A stretch of 36,178 nt of DNA from a bacterium (GTDB lineage Bacteria; UBA9089; CG2-30-40-21; SBAY01), in assembly GCA_040757115.1 (NCBI GenBank), contig JBFLYA010000009.1, positions 1-36,178 on the forward strand, in the 5' to 3' direction. The translations under genes and the position numbers were made by a program. The notes under the pieces are model-generated. The model searched no databases. It saw nothing but the letters and a program-made list of their open reading frames with translations, and was not told the DNA's origin. This document shows positions 27,776 through 36,178 of this stretch, piece by piece. Position 1 is the stretch's first letter. Each line of letters starts with the position of its first letter.

Positions 27776-28131
27776 GTAACTATTCAGCCACTGATTAACA
27801 CGGATTAGCACGGATAAATACCAGAGGGCAGAAGACAGATGAGAAAAGGAGAAAGGGAGAAATCTGTGTTCTGTGCGGTAAAATCGGCGGACATTTTCAG
27901 GGGAAAGGAAGTTTCACGCAAAGAACGCAAAGGGAAATAAGGGAAAAAATTACCTTTGCGTCCTTTGCGTGAAAAAACTATTTTTAGGAGAAATTTCCAC
28001 CCCCGCAATCCTCTCCGCCAGAGGGGAGATAAAAAATTAAAAATCTGTGAAATCTGCGTAATCTGCGGATTATTTTCAGGTCACGAATTTTCAGTGTTTC
28101 ATCCGTGTCCATCTGTGGCTGAGTTGTTGAC
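27776..28131. mobile_element. Composite TIR element with module array, sister of 7445-7950
   Basis: GTAACTATTCAGCCACTGATTAACACGG left end; junctions at 27893, 27980 and 28072; degenerate right end. Confidence 0.85.
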
Positions 28132-28164
28132 GAGCATTCAATTTTAGTAAGGAGGAGTTATTGA

Positions 28165-28746
28165 ATGGGGCTTCCTGCAAAAAAAATAGAAGAGCGATTT
28201 ACTTATGGAGATTATCTGAAATGGCCAAATGAAGAACGGTGGGAATTGATAGATGGAGTAGCCTATGATATGAGTCCATCTCCTTCAAGAAGGCATCAGG
28301 AAATAGTTGGAGAATTATACAGACAGATTTCAACTTATTTGTTGGACAAATCCTGTCAGGTGTATGTTGCCCCTTTTGATGTCCGATTGCCTGAGGCTGA
28401 CGAGGCGGAGGAAGAGATAGAAACCGTAGTTCAACCAGATATTGTAATTGTTTGTGATACGAAGAAACTTGATGACCGCGGATGTCTGGGTGCCCCGGAT
28501 ATAATCATAGAAATATTATCCCCCTACACCGCCAAAAAAGACCTGATAACCAAATACCACTTATATGAAAGGCATAAGGTCAAACAGTACTGGATATTTG
28601 ACCCGGTAACAGAAGAAACGATGATATTTAAACTTAAAGAGAATAAGTATGTAAAGCCTGAAGAATATAAAAAAGAAGAGAAGATACTAGTGGATATCTT
28701 TAAAGGTTTAGAAATAGATTTGAGCACAATATTCCCTGCTGAGTGA
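28165..28746 (+). CDS. Uma2-family (PD-(D/E)XK) endonuclease
   Basis: RWELIDG, PSRRHQ, VYVAPFDVRL, VQPD, GAPDIIIEILSP, YWIFDP; RBS AAGGAGG. Confidence 0.93.
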   Translation: MGLPAKKIEERFTYGDYLKWPNEERWELIDGVAYDMSPSPSRRHQEIVGELYRQISTYLLDKSCQVYVAPFDVRLPEADEAEEEIETVVQPDIVIVCDTKKLDDRGCLGAPDIIIEILSPYTAKKDLITKYHLYERHKVKQYWIFDPVTEETMIFKLKENKYVKPEEYKKEEKILVDIFKGLEIDLSTIFPAE

Positions 28747-28790
28747 ATACGAATTACACAAATGGACAAATGACATGAATAAAGAATAGA

Positions 28791-28920
28791 GTAGTTATTA
28801 ACGAAAATTTCTCATAGAACAGATATAGCAACATGGTTGATGGTTTATAGTTTCATAGACTATCAACTATCAACTATCAACCATCAACAATACTAATGTG
28901 AACTTTTGGTTAATACTTAC
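28791..28920. mobile_element. TIR-family variant (GTAGTTATTAAC...GTTAATACTTAC) with (CTATCAA)n heptamer array
   Basis: Imperfect TIRs; ctatcaa-type repeat x4 facing ttgatgg/tttatag. Confidence 0.65.
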
Positions 28921-28961
28921 TATAAGCAGTACACAAAGGGGTAAGTTTCATACAAGAGGAT

Positions 28962-29201
28962 GTGAAATTAAAGATGAAAAAAGGAAAAAATAAGGGGCTT
29001 TTGGATAAAAAGAGGTTTGAATGGATGGAGGAAGAAAGGATAAGGGAATTGAAAGCCCTATCTATTGAGCAAAGCACAGAAGCCCTTGAATCCCTTACAT
29101 CGCCATCCATATTAAATGCCTTTTTAAATAATTTCTCATTGGACAATCCGTTATGTTTAAAGCTTGGATTAAAAAATGGATTCATTGCCGGAAACTTTTA
29201 G
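28962..29201 (+). CDS. Small hypothetical protein, possible partner of the downstream NTase
   Basis: 79 aa; overlaps the next gene. Confidence 0.55.
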   Translation: MKLKMKKGKNKGLLDKKRFEWMEEERIRELKALSIEQSTEALESLTSPSILNAFLNNFSLDNPLCLKLGLKNGFIAGNF

Positions 29202-29730
29202 AAAAATAATATCGTTTCTTGAAGAAGAAAAATTCGACTATCTCGTCATTGGTGAATTAGCATCAGCAACCCTTGGAGAACCAAGAATGACACAAGATGT
29301 GGATATATGTCTATTCATAAAGAAATTAGAGGTAAAAGAATTTCTTCTGAAACTAAAGCAAGAAGGCTTTAGTTTTGATGAGAAGGGGATGATAAAAAGG
29401 GCAAAAGAAAGGGGGACATTTCAGGTTTTTTATGGGAATTTCCATATTGATTTTATTATTCTCTCAACCGATTTTGAAAAATCTGCTTTAAAAAGAAAAC
29501 AGAAGATAAAACTCTATGGTATTGAAGCATCATTCCCTACACCTGAGGACTTAATCCTATTCAAGATTGTTCCGGCAAGACTGATGGATATGATGGATAT
29601 AGAAAATATTGTCATAAGGCATTCAGGAAAACTTGATGAAAAATATCTTCTATCCTGGGCACAAAAGCTTTCAGATGAAGCAGAAGATATAAGGATATAT
29701 AACGAGATAAAGAGATTGTTAAACTTATAA
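29176..29730 (+). CDS. Nucleotidyltransferase (DUF6036/AbiEii-like)
   Basis: YLVIGELA...GEPRMTQDVD, IDFI, TPEDLILFK...R.MD..D. Confidence 0.8.
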   Translation: MDSLPETFRKIISFLEEEKFDYLVIGELASATLGEPRMTQDVDICLFIKKLEVKEFLLKLKQEGFSFDEKGMIKRAKERGTFQVFYGNFHIDFIILSTDFEKSALKRKQKIKLYGIEASFPTPEDLILFKIVPARLMDMMDIENIVIRHSGKLDEKYLLSWAQKLSDEAEDIRIYNEIKRLLNL

Positions 29731-29739
29731 AATGGCAAT

Positions 29740-30079
29740 GTAACTATTCACCACGAAGAGCACGAAGGACACGAAATGGAATTTAAGGTCTTGTAATTTT
29801 CGGTAGTGTCTGACAATAACTACAATTCTTTTAACCACAAAGATCACAAAGAATTTCACAAAAGAGTCAAAGATTTTTGAGAGAATAAATTTTTTCCTGA
29901 AAATAGGCTGAAGGGTATAGGCTGAAGTTTTGAACGCTGTTTCCTTCAGCCTTAAGCCTTCAGCCTTTATTTTCATCCTCCTTTGTGAGTCAGAGACTTA
30001 TGAGCGTTTCTTTGTCTACTTTGTGGTTAATTTCAGAGACCATCTAATTTTCTTCGTGTTCTTCGTGGTGAATAGTTAC
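29740..30079. mobile_element. TIR element (GTAACTATTCACCACGAAG...CTTCGTGGTGAATAGTTAC) with nested elements
   Basis: Perfect 19-bp TIRs; inner aaccacaaag/ctttgtggtt palindrome; reverse-oriented ACGCTCAT element at 29893-30010; orphan right end CTGAACGGTTAC at 30141-30152. Confidence 0.88.
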
Positions 30080-30189
30080 ATTCAATCTTAACAGAACACT
30101 ATAATCTTTGCGTTCTTTGCGGTTAAAAGTGGCTATACCCCTGAACGGTTACAAAAACTGACTACGGGGATAGAACCTACCCTGGCTGA

Positions 30190-33100
30190 TTAATCCCCCA
30201 ATTCCTTTAGTTCAAACAAACTCAGGGTAGTATTCAGATTGGCAGTTAAAATGGTCTCCTGCTTAAGCGGATGGATGGCTATTCCTCTCGGTATCCAGGG
30301 AAGGTTGATGGTCTTCAGACATTCGCCGCTGGCTACCTCCCAGAGCTTTAAGGTCTTATCCCAGGAGGCAGAGAGGATGTATTTACCATCACCAGAAAAT
30401 ATGCCACTAAAAACTTCAGCTGAATGCCCCTTGAAGGTGCGAACCTCCTGACCCGTCTCTTTATCCCAAAGCTTTAAGGTCTTATCACTTGAGGCAGAGA
30501 GGATGTATTTACCATCACCAGAAAATACGCCACTTGTAACTGTAGCTGAATGCCCCTTGAAGGTGCAAACCTCCTGACCCGTCTCTTTATCCCAGAGCTT
30601 TAAGGTATTATCCAAGGAGGCAGAGAGGATGTATTTACCATCACCAGAAAATACGCCACTTGTAACTTCATATGAATGCCCCTTGAAGGTGCGAACCTCC
30701 TGACCCGTCTCTTTATCCCAGAGCTTTAAGGTTTTATCCCTTGAGGCAGAGAGGATGTATTTACCATCACCAGAAAATACGCCACTTGTAACTTCAGCTG
30801 AATGCCCCTTGAAGGTGCGAACCTCCTGACCCGTCTCTTTATCCCAGAGCTTTAAGGTATTATCCCAGGAGGCAGAGAGGATGTATTTACCATCACCAGA
30901 AAATACGCCACTTCTAACTTCAGCTGAATGCCTCTTGAAGGTGCGAACCTCCTGACCCGTCTCTTTATCCCAGAGCTTTAAGGTCTTATCACTTGAGGCA
31001 GAGAGGATGTATTTACCATCACCAGAAAATACGCCACTCCAAACTCTAGCTGAATGCCCCTTGAAGGTGTGAACCTCCTGACCCGTCTCTTTATCCCGGA
31101 GCTTTAAGGTATTATCACTTGAGGCAGAGAGGATGTATTTACCATCACCAGAAAATACGCCACTTGTAACTCCAGCTGAATGTCTAAGGTTAGGGGAGCC
31201 AAAGAAACCCACCAGTTCAGGTATTAAAGTAGCGTAGTAATTAAAGTGTTTATCATCAGCATCATATTCCTTTGAATCTAACTGAAGGATATTCTCGAGT
31301 CCTGTTGGGAGAACCTTTTCTTCTTTTCTGCGTAAGTTTCGCTTTTCTGTCTTCCAGTCCTCAATGAGGCGGAAATAGACCATCTGCTCCAATAAGGTAT
31401 CCCTTGATGCGGCTAACTCAGGTTCTGCCTCAAATAAGGAATAATCCAGTTTAGAGAGTAATTCCCTATCTTCAAACCTGCTGGTGGCATTGAAGACACT
31501 GGCATATTCCTTGAGCTTACCGGGGTCATTTTCTCCAAGATAATTAGTAAATCGTGTCAGGAATTTATCCTTGACTGCTTTAAAATCATTGATGAGAGAT
31601 TGGTGGCTGCGGATAAGGATTTTGTTTCTATAATCATCAGTCTGGTCACGAATAAACCCCTCTGCCTCTATCAAAATACGAAGCCCCATTCCATCCCTCT
31701 GCAACTGCTTACTGACTTGGTCATCCTTTTCCAGAGCAGAGATTGCCTTTTTTAGATTCTCAAATGATAAGGCAGAAAATAAGGGAAGAATCTCTAATGG
31801 GAATAATCCCTCATTAGTCATAAATTCATGAAAACGGTTTAAAAACTCATCTTCTGCTATTTTTGCCAGCCTTCTTGCGGCAAGAAATTCTAAGACAGAG
31901 AGATGGATAAAGGTATAGAAATTTGGTGCCTGAGTAATCCTGAGGAGGAAGTAACCTTCAATCAGATTCTTTAAGAGGTCATCAGCACTACTCCCAGCAG
32001 GTATAGTAGTGAATTGCTTGAGGATGTTGAGGATGACATCTTCCTTAAACCGAGAGACAAAACCTTCCCGATAGCCCTGAACTGCATGCCAGACCACCTC
32101 CTCTAAGGCATTGATTAAGGATGATAGTTCCTTATCATTTTCAATTGCCCTGGGGTCAAGGGTGAGATTAAATACTTCATCAATAGATTTTTGAAAATCA
32201 GGGTTCTTCAACCTATCCCAGATTCTGAGGAGGATAAATAAGGTGATAAAATGGAGTATAGTTGGTCTTCTGGCAAACTCACCTTTCTTTTTAAACCAGA
32301 CCAGCACAAGGGTAGCTAATAGTGGAGTGTTGGCGATTAAGGCGACAACCTCTTGCTGGTTTACTGATGCCTGATTGAATTTTTGTAATAACTTTTTCTT
32401 TCCTTCAAAGAACTTCCTGCCCAGGTCTTGAAATTGGTCAACAGCAAGGGGATTGACAGAGGCAAGAAGGACATCTTCAGAGATTTCAAAAAAGGTGTGG
32501 TCGCGAGCAGTCAGGTAAATATGGGATTCAGGAGTAGATTTAAACCATAACTCGACCTTGTTTAATATCTGTTTCTGCTGAGATGTATTAGTCACCTCAT
32601 CCAGGGCATCAAGGCAAAAGATTGCCTTTCCTCGACTTGCCCATTCTCTAACTGTTTCTGCCATTTTAGCCAGAGTTTGCTTCTCTTCAGCAGTGAGCTC
32701 CTTGTAACTCCTGCCGGGATAGATAAAAGCAGAGGTGACCAGGTCAACCAGAAACCCTTTTATATCTTTTTCTGAAGCGTAAGGGTAGTCCTGCTCCCAT
32801 TGTTCAATATTGGGAATGGTGTGGCAGGGAATAAAGATGGGATATTTATCACTGTTAAATCCTTGAAAGCAGAAATACTTAAGTATAGTTGTCTTACCAA
32901 CACCTGGTATCCCTTTGATAAAGAGGTGTGGACGACGCTCATAGATTTCATCACACTTCAGGAGATCTTTTTGTTCTGCTTTTTGAGCCTTCTGCCTGCC
33001 ATACTTCTGAAAGTCGATGATATCCCATTCTTCTCTTCTTTCTTCTGATAGAACCGGGGCAGTTAATCTCAATTCTATGAACTGGTCTTCCATATTCAAG

Positions 33101-33789
33101 TCAGGATATAACCCGCCGAGTGTCTTTATCTTCTGGACATTCTGCTTTAGCTCATTCATCTTATCCAGGAGGGGGGTGGTGTCTGAAACAGAGAGTATAT
33201 CTGGTGATAGCAAGACAGGCAGGATTAAAAGGTAGAGAGTAGTCGTGGTATCCCTGGCTACAAATGGAGTAAATCCAAAGCCTTTTGATGTTATGTCTGC
33301 ACTAAACTGTTTGTAGAAGTCTGGTGAGACAACCATCTGTCCAGCCGTGGCTTCTTTCTCCATATCTTTAAATAGAAAGTCAATTTCACCGCCTGAGATG
33401 TCTATGATTTGTTGGTGGGAGTTATATTCGGCTTTAAATGAGCAGAAATGTGCTGCCAGCCGAAACTTAATGACAAAACCGCGGTGGATAGTTTTTCTTT
33501 CAGGGCTTATTGGAAACTGTTCTAATGCCTCTTGATAGAAATGAACTGCCTCTATCGGGTCATTTCCAATAAATAAACCAGCATCACGAATGTCCTTTAT
33601 CCAGGTAAAGTTATACTTTGATGAGATAGACTTAATCTTTGTAAGAAATATATTTAGTGCCTCATCACAAATTTCATTACCAAGGTTTTGAATCTGCTTA
33701 GAATGGTCAACAACATCAAATAGTAAGACAATGCCGGATGCCGATTTCATAAATTCAAGTTCGTTTTCTGGATTACTCATTGTCTTCAC
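30190..33789 (-). CDS. NLR-like STAND protein: class III nucleotide cyclase-like domain + NACHT + WD40 repeats
   Basis: VLLFDVVDHS / KDIRDAG / FRLAAH / ISGGEID cyclase-like motifs; Walker A GIPGVGKT, Walker B FCLDALDE, LTAR, TPLL, FIHLSVLEFLAA; 7 near-identical WD40 repeats. Confidence 0.88.
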   Translation of the reverse strand: MKTMSNPENELEFMKSASGIVLLFDVVDHSKQIQNLGNEICDEALNIFLTKIKSISSKYNFTWIKDIRDAGLFIGNDPIEAVHFYQEALEQFPISPERKTIHRGFVIKFRLAAHFCSFKAEYNSHQQIIDISGGEIDFLFKDMEKEATAGQMVVSPDFYKQFSADITSKGFGFTPFVARDTTTTLYLLILPVLLSPDILSVSDTTPLLDKMNELKQNVQKIKTLGGLYPDLNMEDQFIELRLTAPVLSEERREEWDIIDFQKYGRQKAQKAEQKDLLKCDEIYERRPHLFIKGIPGVGKTTILKYFCFQGFNSDKYPIFIPCHTIPNIEQWEQDYPYASEKDIKGFLVDLVTSAFIYPGRSYKELTAEEKQTLAKMAETVREWASRGKAIFCLDALDEVTNTSQQKQILNKVELWFKSTPESHIYLTARDHTFFEISEDVLLASVNPLAVDQFQDLGRKFFEGKKKLLQKFNQASVNQQEVVALIANTPLLATLVLVWFKKKGEFARRPTILHFITLFILLRIWDRLKNPDFQKSIDEVFNLTLDPRAIENDKELSSLINALEEVVWHAVQGYREGFVSRFKEDVILNILKQFTTIPAGSSADDLLKNLIEGYFLLRITQAPNFYTFIHLSVLEFLAARRLAKIAEDEFLNRFHEFMTNEGLFPLEILPLFSALSFENLKKAISALEKDDQVSKQLQRDGMGLRILIEAEGFIRDQTDDYRNKILIRSHQSLINDFKAVKDKFLTRFTNYLGENDPGKLKEYASVFNATSRFEDRELLSKLDYSLFEAEPELAASRDTLLEQMVYFRLIEDWKTEKRNLRRKEEKVLPTGLENILQLDSKEYDADDKHFNYYATLIPELVGFFGSPNLRHSAGVTSGVFSGDGKYILSASSDNTLKLRDKETGQEVHTFKGHSARVWSGVFSGDGKYILSASSDKTLKLWDKETGQEVRTFKRHSAEVRSGVFSGDGKYILSASWDNTLKLWDKETGQEVRTFKGHSAEVTSGVFSGDGKYILSASRDKTLKLWDKETGQEVRTFKGHSYEVTSGVFSGDGKYILSASLDNTLKLWDKETGQEVCTFKGHSATVTSGVFSGDGKYILSASSDKTLKLWDKETGQEVRTFKGHSAEVFSGIFSGDGKYILSASWDKTLKLWEVASGECLKTINLPWIPRGIAIHPLKQETILTANLNTTLSLFELKELGD
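30330..31183 (-). repeat. Seven 126-bp near-identical WD40-coding tandem repeats
   Basis: gcagagaggatgtatttaccatcaccagaaaata recurs at 30368 + 126n up to 31124. Confidence 0.95.
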
Positions 33790-33813
33790 CAGTCCCTTAC
33801 CATAATAGTAAAA

Positions 33814-34342
33814 GTATAACCGTTCAGCCCTATATTATTTTCTGACAGGATTAACAGGATAAGATTTTATGTAACTATTCACCACGAAGAGCACGAAGGA
33901 CACGAAGATTGGACAAGACAAATCTTTTTATGCTTTCTTTCAACCTTTCTACATTGAAATTTAGTAACTATTCACCATTCACAATTCACAATTCACCATT
34001 CACAATTTTTCCCCTAAATTTCCTTAATAATGGTGAATGGTGAATTGTCAATTGTCAATTGTGAATTATCACTCTTCACGGTGTCAAGCAAACCTGGCCC
34101 AAGAGTTCGATGCACCGCTATAGCGCATCCAATGACTCTATTCGATAATTCATCAAATTTCACTTCGTGTCCTTCGTGGTTTAATCTCTTTTAGTCTAAC
34201 AAGGCAATAGGTTGTTCACCAGCGTTTTTTTTCCTTTCTTTGCGTCCTTTGCGAAATCTTCCTTTGTGCCCTTTGCGGTTAAATCTTTATACCCTTTATT
34301 CTTCTGATGTATCATCCGTTTCGCAATACCCTGAACGCTTAC
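33814..34342. mobile_element. Composite nested TIR element between the NLR-like gene and its putative promoter, with split GxxExxY remnant
   Basis: Left (GT)ATAACCGTTCAG, right CTGAACGCTTAC, flanked by AGTAAAA on both sides; inner left ends at 33871 and 33964; minus strand KFDELSNRVIGCAIAVHRTLGPGLL (GTG 34163) and LNFNVERLKESIKRFVL. Confidence 0.82.
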
Positions 34343-34348
34343 AGTAAA

Positions 34349-34377
34349 AATATATCATAACGATGTGATTTTGTCAA
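34349..34377 (-). promoter_or_regulatory. Sigma70-type promoter facing the NLR-like gene
   Basis: Minus strand TTGACA-17 bp-TATATT with TG extension. Confidence 0.55.
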
Positions 34378-34417
34378 TCGTTAATTACACCGGAGGCATT
34401 CGGGGAAGAAAAAAGCC

Positions 34418-34445
34418 TTGACATTTTGAATAATTTCAGTATAAT
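34418..34445 (+). promoter_or_regulatory. Sigma70-type promoter for glyA
   Basis: TTGACA-16 bp-TATAAT. Confidence 0.65.
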
Positions 34446-34627
34446 ATAGTCTAGCTCCGAGAGCGTTCTACATTTACCACTATTAAAACTTAAGTGAAGG
34501 TAGTGTTCTGTCAAAATTTCTATCTAAACTTTTGCGTTTTTTTTATAACTTACTGTTCTGCAAGAAGTTAGAGCCTGAATCCACAACAGGCTCAAAAACG
34601 CAAAAGTTAAGATATAATAATAAGACG

Positions 34628-35884
34628 ATGAAGAAACCATTAGAGAATTTAGAAAAAGTTGACATGGAAATAGCACAACTTATTTACCAGGAGGCGAAAA
34701 ATGAGGTTTATAATCTCAATATGATTGCCTCTGAAAATATGGTCAGTGAGGCGGTGCTTGAGGCTCAGGGTTGTCTGATGACCAACAAATATGCCGAAGG
34801 GTATCCCTATCGAAGATATTATGGTGGTTGTAGTTTTGTTGACCGGGCAGAAGAATTAGCCATATTAAGGGCAAAAGAACTTTTTGGGGCAGAACATGTC
34901 AATGTTCAACCTCACTCGGGTTCACAGGCAAATATGGCCGTTTATATGGCAATGTTAAAACCAGGTGATAAAATTATGGGTTTGAGCCTTTGTTGTGGCG
35001 GACATTTAACTCATGGCAGTAAGGTAAATTTTTCAGGAATTGTCTACAACACGGTTGCTTATAAGGTCAACAAACAAACTCAACTCATTGATTTTGATGA
35101 ACTTATGAAAATAGCAAAAGAAGAAAAACCAAAGTTGATTGTTTGTGGTGCCAGTGCTTATCCGAGAATTATTGAATTTGATAAGTTTAGAGTCCTTGCT
35201 GATAGCATTGGTGCTTATCTTTTAGCAGATATTGCTCATATTGCGGGATTAGTCGCGGCAAAACTCCATCCTGACCCCATTGTGTATTGTGATTTTGTTA
35301 CAACTACTACTCATAAAACCCTGAAAGGCCCTCGTGGTGGAATGATAATGTGTAAAAAGGAGTATGCGGATTTAATTGATAAAACTATCTTTCCCGGTAT
35401 TCAGGGAGGACCACTAATGCATATCATTGCGGCTAAGGCAGTTTGTTTTAAAGAGGCATTGAGCCCGGCATTTAAAATGTATCAGCAACAAATTCTCTTA
35501 AATGCAAAGACATTAGCAAAAGAGTTAATGAGTCTGGGATTTGACCTTGTCTCTGGTGGAACAGATACCCATCTTCTCCTCATTGACCTTACTTCAAAAG
35601 GAATTACAGGTCAACAAGCAGAAAAAGCCTTAGAGCAAGCAGGTATCATTGTCAATAAAAATACCATTCCTTTTGAGACAAAAAGTGCAATGGTAACAAG
35701 TGGTATTCGACTTGGAACTCCGTCTTTAACCGCAAGAGGAATGAAAGAAGAACAAATGCGGCAAATAGCCTCATTCATTGCCGAAGTTATCCAGAATATT
35801 GGAAAAGAAAATGTAATTAAAACTGTCCGAGAAAAAACAATGGAACTTTGCAGTAAGTTTTTAATATATAAAGAGTTGCTGTAA
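34628..35884 (+). CDS. glyA: Serine hydroxymethyltransferase
   Basis: [69 protein letters not shown]; start moved to ATG 34628. Confidence 0.97.
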   Translation: MKKPLENLEKVDMEIAQLIYQEAKNEVYNLNMIASENMVSEAVLEAQGCLMTNKYAEGYPYRRYYGGCSFVDRAEELAILRAKELFGAEHVNVQPHSGSQANMAVYMAMLKPGDKIMGLSLCCGGHLTHGSKVNFSGIVYNTVAYKVNKQTQLIDFDELMKIAKEEKPKLIVCGASAYPRIIEFDKFRVLADSIGAYLLADIAHIAGLVAAKLHPDPIVYCDFVTTTTHKTLKGPRGGMIMCKKEYADLIDKTIFPGIQGGPLMHIIAAKAVCFKEALSPAFKMYQQQILLNAKTLAKELMSLGFDLVSGGTDTHLLLIDLTSKGITGQQAEKALEQAGIIVNKNTIPFETKSAMVTSGIRLGTPSLTARGMKEEQMRQIASFIAEVIQNIGKENVIKTVREKTMELCSKFLIYKELL

Positions 35885-35951
35885 GCATTCAGTTTTCAGC
35901 TATCAGCATTTTTAAACTTGACAGAACTGTACTCGATTACTCCAATATTTG

Positions 35952-36178
35952 GTAACCGTTCAGGGATATAGCCACAGAGTCACAGAGAACACAGAGGGAA
36001 TATATAACCACGAATGAACACGAATAATAAAAAGATTTGTAGTGCGAGGCGTTAGCCTCGCTTCTGGCAAGCAGGAAAGCGAACCTAATTGCTTTTTCAT
36101 AAATAGGTTCCTCTTTTGGGGAGAGCGATAGCAAGAAGAACTTTAATGTAAATATCAAAATGCAAATATCAAAATTAC
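35952..36178. mobile_element. TIR element (truncated by window end) containing a REP doublet with loop insertion
   Basis: GTAACCGTTCAG at 35952; REP-like GTAGTGCGAGGCGTTAGCCTCGC at 36039-36061; 36088-36178 identical to 21437-21527. Confidence 0.8.

Noticed and set aside
30330-31183. Diversity-generating retroelement acting on the WD40 repeats
   Set aside because: No reverse transcriptase or separate template repeat in the window; the pattern fits tandem repeat shuffling.
34446-34627. ZTP/THF/glycine riboswitch in the glyA leader
   Set aside because: No recognisable aptamer motifs; only an AACTTTTGCGTTTTT/AAAAACGCAAAAGTT inverted repeat near 34527-34607.

Overview
AT-rich bacterial window, probably from an anaerobic diderm outside Bacteroidota (inferred from gene content). 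In order it holds: an acyl-CoA dehydrogenase; a HEPN (nonsense-interrupted)/MNT pair; a CBS protein; nuoE and a NuoF-GltD fusion flavoprotein; a ~16.5 kb co-oriented envelope cluster (membrane protein, PASTA/TPR lipoprotein, lipoprotein, TolB-like propeller, TPR protein, divergent Opp/Dpp-type ABC transporter, TPR protein, Ig-repeat protein with a T9SS/FlgD-like C-terminal domain, PorV-like barrel); an ICMT/PEMT-like methyltransferase; an AAA_14/DUF4143 ATPase; a Uma2 nuclease; a nucleotidyltransferase pair; a minus-strand cyclase-like/NACHT/WD40 NLR-like gene with seven near-identical 126-bp repeats; and glyA. Many intergenic gaps are filled with nested non-autonomous palindromic elements. 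These include a GTAAC(C/T)(G/A)TTCA terminal-inverted-repeat family (one copy with a perfect 8-bp target duplication) carrying eroded GxxExxY nuclease fragments, an asymmetric ACGCTCAT...ATTTTC element that sits at and duplicates the Shine-Dalgarno-like motif AGGAGAA and appears in tandem cassette arrays, REP-like doublets, and an element inserted in REP loops. No transposase, rRNA, tRNA or CRISPR array was seen. All family assignments are by eye from motifs; no searches were run.
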